Positions 25,206-36,228 of a stretch of 64,000 nt of DNA are shown in pieces. The DNA lies in the NCBI GenBank assembly GCA_002269645.1, contig NIVC01000291.1, positions 496,001 to 560,000 on the forward strand. Reading direction: 5' to 3'. The notes beneath the pieces are model-generated. The model searched no databases. It had not been told where the DNA came from and worked only from the letters and a program-made list of their open reading frames with translations. This DNA is from Macrostomum lignano (taxonomy: Eukaryota). Both the position numbers and the translations under genes were made by a program. Numbering within the stretch: position 1 is the first letter of the stretch; every line of letters begins with the position of its first letter.

Positions 25206-26810
25206 TCAGCGGATCTCCACATGCTCCAGCGGCATGCCCCAGCTGCGCACCGGCCACCAGCGCTTCGCTCTGCGGGAGGTGGCAGCGATTTGGGTCAAGG
25301 TGTGCTTGGGTCAAGCAGGGATTTGGGTCAATGTGTGCTTGGGTCAAGCAGGTATTTGGGTCAAGCAGCGATTTGGGTCAAGGTGTGCTTGGGTCAAGCA
25401 GAGATTTGGGTCAAGGTGTGCTTGGGTCAAGCAGAGATTTGGGTCAAGCAGCGATTTGGGTCAAGGTGTGCTTGGGTCAAGCAGGGATTTGGGTCAAGGT
25501 GTGCTTGGGTCAAGCAGAGATTTGGGTCAAGGTGTGCTTGGGTCAAGCAGAGATTTGGGTCAAGCAGCGATTTGGGTCAAGGTGTGTTTGGGTCAAGCAG
25601 AGATTTGGGTCAAGGCAGGGATATGAGGGGGGAGTGGAGCGGCAGGGATATGAGGGGGAGTGAAGCGGCAGGGATATGAGGGGGGTGAAGCGGCAGGGAT
25701 ATGAGGGCGGGTGAAGCGGCAGGGATATGAGGGGGGGTGGAGCAGCAGGGATATGAGGGGGAGTGAAGCGGCAGGGATATGAGGGGGAGTGAAGCGGCAG
25801 GGATATGAGGGGGGTGAAGCGGCAGGGATATGAGGGCGGGTGAAGGGGCAGGGATATGAGGGGGGGAGCGGCAATGATATGAGGGGGAGTGAAGCGGCAG
25901 GGATATGAGGGGGGAGTGGAGCGGCAGGGATATGAGGGGGAGTGAAGCGGCAGGGATATGAGGGGGAGTGAAGCGGCAGGGATATGAGGGGGAGTGAAGC
26001 GGCAGGGATATGAGGGGGGTGAAGCGGCAGGGATATGAGGGCGGGTGAAGCGGCAGGGATATGAGGGGGGGGGTGGAGCAGCAGGGATATGAGGGGGAGT
26101 GAAGCGGCAGGGATATGAGGGGGAGTGAAGCGGCCGGGATATGAGGGGGAGTGAAGCGGCAGGGATATGAGGGGGGTGAAGCGGCAGGGATATGAGGGCG
26201 GGTGAAGCGGCAGGGATATGAGGGGGGGGGGTGGAGCAGCAGGGATATGAGGGGGAGTGAAGCGGCAGGGATATGAGGGGGAGTGAAGCGGCAGGGATAT
26301 GAGGGGGGTGAAGCGGCAGGGATATGAGGGCGGGTGAAGGGGCAGGGATATGAGGGGGAGTGAAGCGGCAGGGATATGAGGGGGGAGTGAAGCGGCAGGG
26401 ATATGAGGGCGGGTGAAGCGGCAGGGATATGAGGGGGAGTGAAGCGGCAGGGATATGAGGGTGAGTGAAGCGGCAGGGATATGAGGGGGGTGAAGCGGCA
26501 GGGATATGAGGGCGGGTGAAGCGGCAGGGATATGAGGGGGGGGGTGGAGCAGCAGGGAGAATCGAGTCCCTCACTTCAACGGCAGGAGAAGCCCAGTGGC
26601 TCGCGGCTCCAGCCCCAGCAATCGACTGTCAGTGTAACTTCGCCTCCAGTCTCGCAGCTGACTCATCAGCGCCCGAACCTCATTCGCCATCCTCAGCGAG
26701 TTGGTCTCGCCGACTGCGGCAGGCGATGGCGGCCAGCTGCTGTGGACTCGCCAGCAGCTGCAGCAGTGGAGCAGCAGCAGCGGGAAGATGAGCTTCACGA
26801 GCATCGGCAT
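25206..26810 (-). CDS. small secreted prepropeptide (putative neuropeptide/hormone precursor, ~99 aa), 2 coding exons
   Basis: Exon 26810-26575 starts with signal-peptide-like MPMLVKLIFPLLLLHCCSCWRVHS and ends TTG AA|GTGAGG. It joins in phase 2 at CTCCCGCAG| to exon 25269-25206, giving ...LLLPLKAKRWWPVRSWGMPLEHVEIR*. The start codon is uncertain (an in-frame ATG also lies at 26855). Confidence 0.62.
25285..26548. repeat. two abutting intronic minisatellites (TTGGGTCAAG-based, then 26-bp GGGATATGAGGGGGAGTGAAGCGGCA)
   Basis: Arrays switch at ~25615 inside intron 25270-26574. Confidence 0.95.
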
Positions 26811-27104
26811 GGCTTGGGACTCGGTCGGGTCGGCTTCTCCTCTCGGTGCCCCCATATCGGGTCGGGGATTTGAGCACCCTGGCAGTTGAGCAGCAGCGAA
26901 TCCCTGAGCAGCAACCCAAACAGGCGCTGCCGGCCCAGCTCCGCTGAGCACAGGCTGCTCACTGCACTTCCATATATGGCGATGGCGTGAGCTGGGGTTG
27001 CAGGCAATTTCACTGCAATTTTTTCGAGCTCAAGCCATTATCCTTGGGCGGCCTCATCATAGCTGAATGTCAAACACCTGCCGAGCTTTCCAATTGGCCA
27101 TAGC

Positions 27105-27655
27105 CTTGCCCTCCCCAGTACTCTCAGCTCTCCTCTGCCTTGCCCTCCCCAGTACTCTCAGCTCCCCTCTGCCTTGCCCTCCCCAGTACTCTCAGCTCTC
27201 CTCTGCCTTGCCCTCCCCAGTACTCTCAGCTCCCCTCTGCCTTGCCCTCCCCAGTACTCTCAGCTCCCCTCTGCCTTGCCCTCCCCAGTACTCTCAGCTC
27301 CCCTCTGCCTTGCCCTCCCCAGTACTCTCAGCTCCCCTCTGCCTTGCCCTCCCCAGTACTCTCAGCTCCCTTCTGCCTTGCCCTCCCCAGTACTCTCAGC
27401 TCCCCTCTGCCTTGCCCTCCCCAGTACTCTCAGCTCCCCTCTGCCTTGCCCTCCCAGTACTCTCAGCTCCCCTCTGCCTTGCCCTCCCCAGTACTCTCAG
27501 CTCCCCTCTGCCTTGCCCTCCCCAGTACTCTCAGCTCCCCTCTGCCTTGCCCTCCCCAGTACTCTCAGCTCCCCTCTGCCTTGCCCTCCCCAGTACTCTC
27601 AGCTCCCCTCTGCCTTGCCCTCCCCAGTACTCTCAGCTCCCCTCTGCCTTGCCCC
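27105..27655. repeat. 34-bp minisatellite
   Basis: TTGCCCTCCCCAGTACTCTCAGCTCCCCTCTGCC units. Confidence 0.97.
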
Positions 27656-27959
27656 AAGTCCAGCATTGAATGGACAAAATAGCAAACGAAAATTGAATGC
27701 AGCAATTTTGATGGCGGACCAAATTTAATTCACCCTCCAATCAGCTAGTGAATATAAAGTGGAGTATGAAGATGCAGTGATGGCCGGTGCGCAATGAAAG
27801 TTTGCAAAGCAAAGTGTAAGAGGCGGTTAATATATTGAAGCATGAAAAGCAACAAAAATCTGGCTTGTCTTCTAGAAGCAATAAAATTACAGAATGAGCA
27901 GTTTCTCAGAAGAAAACAAGCGAGTCAACGAAGTTCTTCATCATTTCGACCAGCTGCCG

Positions 27960-30900
27960 TCAGATCTGCCTCACCGAGCCGGGCCCGTAGTGCTCCTTCA
28001 GCTTGGCCAGCAGCTCCTCGCCGTGCTCCCGGTCTCGAACCTCGCACACGCAGCTGCCGCGCGGGAGGCCGGCGTTTAGAGGGGAAATTATTAGCGGGAT
28101 CTGGGGATACAGGGGCTCACAGACACCTTGTGCTGAGTTTCTCTCAGCTGTAAGGTTCTCCTATCCCTTCAGATCCCAATCTCGACCTAAATGATCCCAA
28201 TCTCAGTCTAATTGATCCCTATCCCATCCTAACTGATCCCAGTCCCAGTCTAACTGATCCCAATCTCAGTCTAACTGATTCCAATCCCAGTCTAACTGAT
28301 CCCAGTCCCAGTCTAACTGATCCCAATCCCAGTCTAACTGATTCCAATCCCAGTCTAACTGATCCCAGTCCCAGTCTAACTGACCCCAGTCCCAGTCTAA
28401 CTGATTCCAATCCCACCCTAACTGATCCCAGTCCCAGTCTAACTGATTCCAATCCCACCCTAACTGATTCCAATCCCAGTCTAACTGATCCCTATCCCAT
28501 CCTAACTGATCCCAGTCCCAGTCTAACTGATCCCAATCCCAGTCTAACTGATTCCAATCCCACCCTAACTGATCCGAATCCCAGTCTAACTCATCCCAAT
28601 CCCACCCTAACTGATCCCAATCCCAGTCTAACTCATCCCAATCCCACCCTAACTGATCCCAATCCCACCCTAACTGATTCCAATCCCAGTCTAACTCATC
28701 CCAATCCCAGTCTAACTCATCCCAATCCCACCCTAACTGATCCCAATTCCAATCTAAATGATCCCAATCCCAGTCTAACTGATCCCAGTCCCACCCTAAC
28801 TGATCCTAATCCCAATCTAAATGATCCCAATCCCAGTCTAACTGATCCCAGTCCCACCCTAACTGATCCCAATCACGGTCTCGCTCACCGCAGGTTGACC
28901 TGGAAGATGTCGTACTTCAGCCAGGCCCTCTCGTGGAAGATGTCCTTGATGGAGACGCCCATGCCGGCCAGCAGGGAGCTGCACTCGGCGATGCCACCGG
29001 GTCGGTCGGACACCGTGGCCACGAAGTGGATCAGGCGGCCGTCCACGGCCAAGCCGCGCTCGATGACCCGGCCGAGGACAGTCGTGTCGATGTTGCCACC
29101 TCCGAGGACGACGGCCACGCTGGAGCGGGGATTTTGGGAGAGTTGGTGGCGACAGTCTGACCTGATCTGACCCCAAGATCTGACCTGATCTGACCTGATC
29201 TGACCCCAAGATCTGACCTGATCTGACCCCAAGATCTGACCTGATCTGACCTGATCTGACCTGATCTGACCCCAAGATCTGACCTGATCTGACCCCAAGA
29301 TCTGACCTGATCTGACCCCAAGATCTGACCTGATCTGACCCCAAGATCTGACCTGATTTGACCCCAAGATCTGACCTGATCTGACCCCAATATTTGACCT
29401 GAACTGACCCTCCAAATCTGACCTGATCTGACCCCAAGATCTGACCTGATCTGACCCCAGGATCTGACCTGATCTGACCCCAAGATCTGACCTAATCAGA
29501 ACCCAAGATCTGACCTGATCTGACCTGATCTGACCTGATCTGACCCCAAGATCTGACCTGATCTGACCCCAAGATCTGACCTGATCTGACCCCAAGATCT
29601 GACCTGATCTGACCCCAAGATCTGACCTGATCTGACCCCAAGATCTGACCTGATCTGACCCCAATATTTGACCTGAACTGACCCTCCAAATCTGACCTGA
29701 TCTGACCCCAAGATCTGACCTGATCTGACCCCAGGATCTGACCTGATCTGACCCCAAGATCTGACCTAATCAGAACCCACCAGCTGTCAGATCCGAAACC
29801 GGAGCCAGTTCTCAAACAGCAGGCAAGACAGGCGAGTTTCGGATCGCCGAAGGCGCACGAGGATCAGCCTGCACTAATCATATCCCAACCCCCACAGCGC
29901 ATCCGAGGGCAGCCAGCCATGCCGAGCAGCTCAGGCGAGTCCCAAGCGGCTTCGCAGATTTGTTGCTTCTGCATCAATATTTCAGATGAAGAGCCGCCCA
30001 GGGACCCCGCGGAAAAATCTCAGTACGGGAGCCAAGCAGGGATCATGAATATCTCTCTCAGATCCTAATTATCTTTACATTTTTCAGCCATTTCCCGTTA
30101 AGCCTGCTTGCCGCGTCATTGACACAGGCCCGGATACGGGCTGCCAGTAAAACTGCATGAAGCAAATGTGCGGCTGGAGCTGAGAAAGCCCACTGCGATT
30201 TGTGAGAGGGGTCAATAGGAGATGAGAGGGAGAGAGTGGAGGTGAGAGGGAGAGAGTAGAGGTGAGAGAGAGAGAGAGTGAAGGTGAGAGGGAGAGAGTG
30301 GAGGTGAGAGGGAGAGTGTGGGAGGTAAGGAAGAAAGTTTAGGTGAGAGGGAGAGTGTGGGAGGTAAGGAAGAAAGTGGAGGTGAGAGGGAGAGAGTGGA
30401 GGTGAGAGAGAGTGGAGGTGAGAGGGAGAGAGTGGAGGTGAGAGGGAGAGTGTGGGAGGTAAGGAAGAAAGTGTAGGTGAGAGGGAGAGAGTAGAGGTGA
30501 GAGAGAGAGGGAGAGATTGGAGGTGAGAGGGAGGGAGTAGAGGTGACCATTCTCCTCGGAGACGGTGACCATGCGGTCCACCAGGTCCCTGCAGGAGTAG
30601 AAGGCGTTGGCGCCCGCCAGGGGCACCGCCAGGCCGTCGGCCAGCGATGACTTCAGCGCCACCCTCACCGGATGACCCGCCTGCATTGCCGCGCTGAAGC
30701 TCGCGCTGCGCTCCGGATCGGCGCCCTGGAGGACGGAAACCGGGGTCAGGTGTCTTGGGGTCAGCTGTGTCCTGGGGTCAGGTGTCTTGGGGTCAGCTGT
30801 GTCCTGGGGTCAGGTGTCTTGGGGTCAGGTGTCTTGGGGTCAGCTGTGTCCTGGGGTCAGGTGTCTTGGGGTCAGCTGTGTCCTGGGGTCAGGTGTCTTG

Positions 30901-33900
30901 GGTCAGCTGTCTTGGGGTCAGCTGTGTCCTGGGGTCAGGTGTCTTGGGGTCAGCTGTCTCCTGGGGTCAGCTGTCTCCTGGGGTCAGCTGTCTTGGGGTC
31001 AGTTGTGTCCTGGGGTCAGGTGTCTTGGGGTCAGCTGTGTCCTGGGGTCAGGTGTCTTGGGGTCAGCTGTCTTGGGGTCAGCTGTGTCCTGGGGTCAGGT
31101 GTCTTGGGGTCAGCTGTGTCCTGGGGTCAGGTGTCTTGGGGTCAGGTGTCTTGAAGTCAGATGTGTCCTGGGGTCAGCTGTCTTGGGGTCAGTTGTGTCC
31201 TGGGGTCAGGTGTCTTGGGGTCAGCTGTGTCCTGGGGTCAGGTGTCTTGGGGTCAGGTGTCTTGGGGTCAGCTGTGTCCTGGGGTCAGGTGTCTTGGGGT
31301 CAGCTGTGTCCTGGGGTCAGGTGTCTTGGGGTCAGGTGTCTTGGGGTCAGCTGTGTCCTGGGGTCAGGTGTCTTGGGGTCAGCTGTCTCCTGGGGTCAGC
31401 TGTCTCCTGGGGTCAGCTGTCTTGGGGTCAGTTGTGTCCTGGGGTCAGGTGTCTTGGGGTCAGCTGTGTCCTGGGGTCAGGTGTCTTGGGGTCAGCTGTC
31501 TTGGGGTCAGCTGTGTCCTGGGGTCAGGTGTCTTGGGGTCAGCTGTCTCCTGGGGTCAGCTGTCTCCTGGGGTCAGCTGTCTTGGGGTCAGTTGTGTCCT
31601 GGGGTCAGGTGTCTTGGGGTCAGCTGTGTCCTGGGGTCAGGTGTCTTGGGGTCAGCTGTGTCCTGGGGTCAGGTGTCTTGGGGTCAGCTGTGTCCTGGGG
31701 TCAGGTGTCTTGGGGTCAGCTGTCTTGGGGTCAGCTGTGTCCTGGGGTCAGGTGTCTTGGGGTCAGCTGTCTCCTGGGGTCAGCTGTTTCCTGGGGTCAG
31801 CTGTCTTGGGGTCAGTTGTGTCCTGGGGTCAGGTGTCTTGGGGTCAGCTGTGTCCTGGGGTCAGGTGTCTTGGGGTCAGCTGTGTCCTGGGGTCAGGTGT
31901 TTTGGGGTCAGGTGTCTTGGGGTCAGCTGTGTCCTGGGGTCAGGTGTCTTGGGGTCAGGTGTTTTGGGGTCAGGTGTCTTGGGGTCAGGTGTCTTGGGGT
32001 CAGTTGTGTCCTGGGGTCAGGTGTCTTGGGGTCAGCTGTGTCCTGGGGTCAGGTGTCTTGGGGTCAGGTGTCTTGGGGTCAGCTGTGTCCTGGGGTCAGG
32101 TGTCTTGGGGTCAGCTGTCTCCTGGGGTCAGCTGTCTCCTGGGGTCAGCTGTCTTGGGGTCAGTTGTGTCCTGGGGTCAGGTGTCTTGGGGTCAGTTGTG
32201 TCCTGGGGTCAGGTGTCTTGGGGTCAGCTGTCTTGGGGTCAGCTGTGTCCTGGGGTCAGGTGTCTTGGGGTCAGCTGTCTCCTGGGGTCAGCTGTCTCCT
32301 GGGGTCAGCTGTCTTGGGGTCAGTTGTGTCCTGGGGTCAGGTGTCTTGGGGTCAGCTGTGTCCTGGGGTCAGGTGTCTTGGGGTCAGCTGTGTCCTGGGT
32401 CAGGTGTTTTGGGGTCAGGTGTCTTGGGGTCAGCTGTGTCCTGGGGTCAGGTGTCTTGGGTCAGGTGTTTTGGGGTCAGGTGTCTTGGGGTCAGGTGTCT
32501 TGGGGTCAGCTGTGTCCTGGGGTCAGGTGTCTTGGGGTCAGGTGTTTTGGGGTCAGGTGTCTTGGGGTCAGGTGTCTTGGAGTCAGCTGTGTCCTGGGGT
32601 CAGGTGTCTTGGGAAAGAATGGAATTACATGTAGCAGATTCAGACCCATGTGCCCCCTCTCACAATAATCAGCGTGTCAGGCGACATCGTCTTGACCCCG
32701 ACGGCTACACCAGCAATGAGTCCGCCGCCGCCAACAGGCAAAACGATGGCATCAACGGGCTTGCCGATCTGCTCAAGGATCTCCAGGCCGACGGTGCCCT
32801 GGCCGGCGAGGATCTGCGGGTGGTCGTAGCTGCGGCAGGGGTGGGCGGGTGCTCAGCAGTAGTTGAGGCGATCAGCTGAGTACGAGGTGAGCAGTAGATG
32901 GGGTGCGCAGATAATAAGCAACGGCCTTCCGCTTACCCGTTAACGTAAAGCAGGCCCTCCGACTTGGCGATCTTGAGCGCCACGTTCTTGGACTCGCCGA
33001 TGTGGCTGCCCATCACGATGACGCGGGCGCCACACTGCACGCAGGCGTTGATCTTCATCAGGGGCGCGATGGTTGGCATGACAACCACGATAGGGATGCC
33101 CAGCTCCTGGCCGTGGTAGGCCAAGGCCAGCGCGTGGTTGCCAGCGGAGGCCGCCACCACGCCGCGCTGCTTCTGCCCCTGTGGGCGGGGAGGTCGACGC
33201 GGTCAGGCGACTGCGCTGAGGAGGTCAAGGAGAAAATAGACAGACGGGACGGGACTGGACTGGATAAGACAGACAGAACAGGACAGGGAAGAAATGGCAG
33301 GACAGGACAGGACAGGACAGGACAGGACAGGACAGGACAGGACAGGACAGGACAGAACAGGACAGGACAGGACAGGAGAGGACAGGACAGAACAGAACAG
33401 GGCAGGGCAGAAATGGCAGGACAGGACATGACAGTAGAAGACAGTAGAGGACAGGACAGGACAGTAGAAGACAGGACAGGACAGTAGAAGACAGGACAGG
33501 ACAAGGACAAGAATTAGATGATACAAATTCCTTAAAATTCCTTTAATTTAAGACTCCTTAAAGTAGGCTTCCAGCATCGCTGCAATCGATAAAATGCTTC
33601 TCATGCTCTAATAACTCTACTGACAGTGGCATAAAAGGTAAGTAGGGAGCGGAATTTAATGTCCATGAAAAAACTCTACGCGCCTCACTTTAGACAAGCT
33701 CAGCAACACGTAGCGAGCCCCGCGCTCTTTGAAGCTGCCGGTGTACTGCAGAAATTCCTTCTTAAAGAAAATCTCCATGTTGGTTATCCTGGACATGTGC
33801 GATCTCTGCGGAATCAAATTGTTTGTCAAAAAAATAGTGAAAAAACTTTTTTTAGTAGTTCTCAAATTTCTAAGTAAAATACTAATAAAAAGAGCTGAAC

Positions 33901-34624
33901 TTTTAGAATGACTTATGAATTCTTGCTATCGGTAATATAAAAATATTCAAAGGAAGGGCTGTCGGGAATCTGAAGCAACGCTTTAGACGAGATCATCTCA
34001 CCAGCGCTGAGTCAATTCTGCCCATTCCACTGACTCCGTGCATAAATCAGTTTCAAATTAATGTGCCGCACGCTGAATCGAACCAGGGGCCATGGCACGA
34101 GAGTCAGACTTGTTTACCACTGAGCCACACGCCACTGTGCGCACACATGCAATAGTTACATGTAAATCAAGAATAGAGCTGCAAAACTTCCAGCTTACAT
34201 CGCAGGGTGTGCGCACGATGCCGCTGCGAATTTTAAAAGCGGCCGCGCTGACATCCTGGAAGCGAACGATCTGCGGCTTGTCCGGGTCGCAGTTCGGGTC
34301 GTAGAGGTCCGGGTCGTCGTCGTTGGGCACCAGGAGCTCGCTGAGCGGCACGGCAGCCTTGCAGGCGCCGGACTGCACACTGCCTGTCCGGCCGCGATCT
34401 GAGCCGCCAGCAGCAGCGGAGTCGCTCTGGCCCCCAGCGCTGCCGCCGCCCGCAGCCTCGGCGGCCTCTGGGATCGGAACCATGGGCTGCTGAAATGTAG
34501 TGTAGGACTGGATCTCGGCCCCCGGCCCGGGCGTCACCGTGTAATTATCCAAGATTGCGGAGCTAAACTGCTGCTGCGGTTCATCGTCGGCTTCCTGCTG
34601 CTGCTGCTGCTGCTCGGGCTCCAT
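27960..34624 (-). CDS. threonine dehydratase / L-threonine ammonia-lyase with C-terminal ACT-like domain (one internal exon not found)
   Basis: Exons 34624-34199, 33805-33689 (PLP lysine motif TGSFKERGA), 33178-32937 (AASAGNHA), 32829-32664 ([17 protein letters not shown]), 30725-~30548 (ADGLAVP), 29119-28889 ([15 protein letters not shown]) and 28053-27960. Phases are consistent except between the 5th and 6th listed exons. Confidence 0.9.
28185..28872. repeat. 21-bp intronic minisatellite
   Basis: AGTCTAACTGATCCCAATCCC variants in the last dehydratase intron. Confidence 0.95.
29155..29775. repeat. 23-bp intronic minisatellite
   Basis: GATCTGACCTGATCTGACCCCAA units. Confidence 0.95.
30215..30545. 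repeat. purine-rich (GAGAGG/GTGGAG) degenerate repeat
   Basis: GGAGGTGAGAGGGAGAGAGT-like units abutting the dehydratase exon. Confidence 0.9.
30740..32612. repeat. 16/18-bp intronic minisatellite
   Basis: GGGGTCAGGTGTCTT / GGGGTCAGCTGTGTCCT-type units; source of the 570-640 aa spurious ORFs. Confidence 0.97.
33240..33510. repeat. (GGACA)n microsatellite
   Basis: Pentanucleotide array in intron 33179-33688. Confidence 0.93.
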
Positions 34625-36228
34625 CGCAACTGGCTGGCTTTTAGTTGGTGGATTTGTAAGTAAAGTACACGATTGAACTTTAACCTCCGTGTTTTTAGAT
34701 AAGACCGCGGGTAGCGCGAAAGGTACCCGTATTAGTCGTCTGCACACGCTTTTACTCTGACCGGAACGGGGGGGGGTTGATCATCAGTCAGCGGGGGGGG
34801 GGGGTTTTGTTCGCATCCGAGACTGAGGGGTGGGGTTTATTGACAAGTGCATACCGCTAGACCAACTGATTTTCTGGAAGTGAGGATTGGGGTGGTGGGT
34901 GTGCGGCAATCTAGAGAATAGCGGAGTGGTTCTGCTAAGGGCGGTGTACGAGCGTACATTAAATTAACTGAGCCCGGCGGGGGGCGATAATGTACACTCG
35001 ACTCCTCTTAGATGGAGTAGAACAGCGAAAAGATGCACAGCGTCAGATTATCAAACTACTTTGGCCAGGACGAGCTCTTGGGTGCAGCTGTACTTTGCAA
35101 TCAATGTGCGCTTAGCTTCTGCGTACATTCCAAGGTCAGTTAGAGCGGTTGACCAAGCTGATTCCAGGCCACACCCCCGGGGGCGGGGCTTGTTTAGTTT
35201 TTCTCTCCTAGTGAGTTTTCATCCAAAAATGAACAGCTGTTGGCCGTTGGCATAACCTGTTCTGCAACTTCTGCTTCTGCCATCTTAACAAACAGAATTC
35301 TTCTCGAGTCTGTGACAAATTTAAGGTTTTTATAGCATCTTCATCACCCGAGTCACCTTCGCTTCTTATTCTACCAGGGTTAAAAACTAGAGTCCAAGAT
35401 AAGATATAAAAATTATTTTTCGCCATAGCAGTGCCGGAAACAAATTTGTTAAAATCTTTGCAGAAGCTTTCAATACAACCTATGTTCAAGTGAAGGCTTT
35501 GATGGAGAGCAACGCCCTGTCAGTGCTATTTTCTATACATGACAGGTCTGATACTAGAATGTTCGAAGGTGACGAAGCCCTTTGGCCTTCAAATCCAGGG
35601 CGGCAGGGCCTGACATGCCCTAAAATGTAAATCTCCGCCTCATTCTTTAGTACTTCGAGACATTTTTCTATATGATTATTACAGTTATTCTTGCTAGTAA
35701 TAGTAAGGTAGTTGATTAAAAACGATGCAAAAAAACAAAAGAAACAGATCGGAACGCACTAGACGATTAAAATTGAAAAGACTCCAAAATATGTTGCAAC
35801 GGAATAACAAAACAAACTGCTTTAATAGAAGGAAAAATGTTTTGAATAGGACTAAAAAAGGCGCTTTCCATAATATAAAAATTTTAACTCGCATGCCAAC
35901 ATTGTTCGCTAATTACGCGTAAATATACGACTATTATAGAAATAAAGTGAAAGTTAGCACTGTACTATATTGACCTACATAGTTTAGCGAGTCTAAATTG
36001 GTGACTAAACTAGTCCAGATAACTTATACAGTACAGACGTCCTTGGATCAGAAAACTTGGCTTGAACTCCTGGTCTACGAGCTGAATAATTGTTCAGAAA
36101 AACTAAAGTACAAATCTTTGAATATCTAAGAGAGATCAGCCAGACGAAAAACAGAAAACTTGTCATGCTGATCACTGGATACAATAAGACAAAGTGACTT
36201 CTCAACGTGGCGGCAACAGCCTGCTGCC

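Noticed and set aside
30672-32879. 572-637 aa ORFs ([10 protein letters not shown]...)
   Set aside because: Open in several frames because the 16/18-bp repeat has no stops; lies antisense inside a dehydratase intron.
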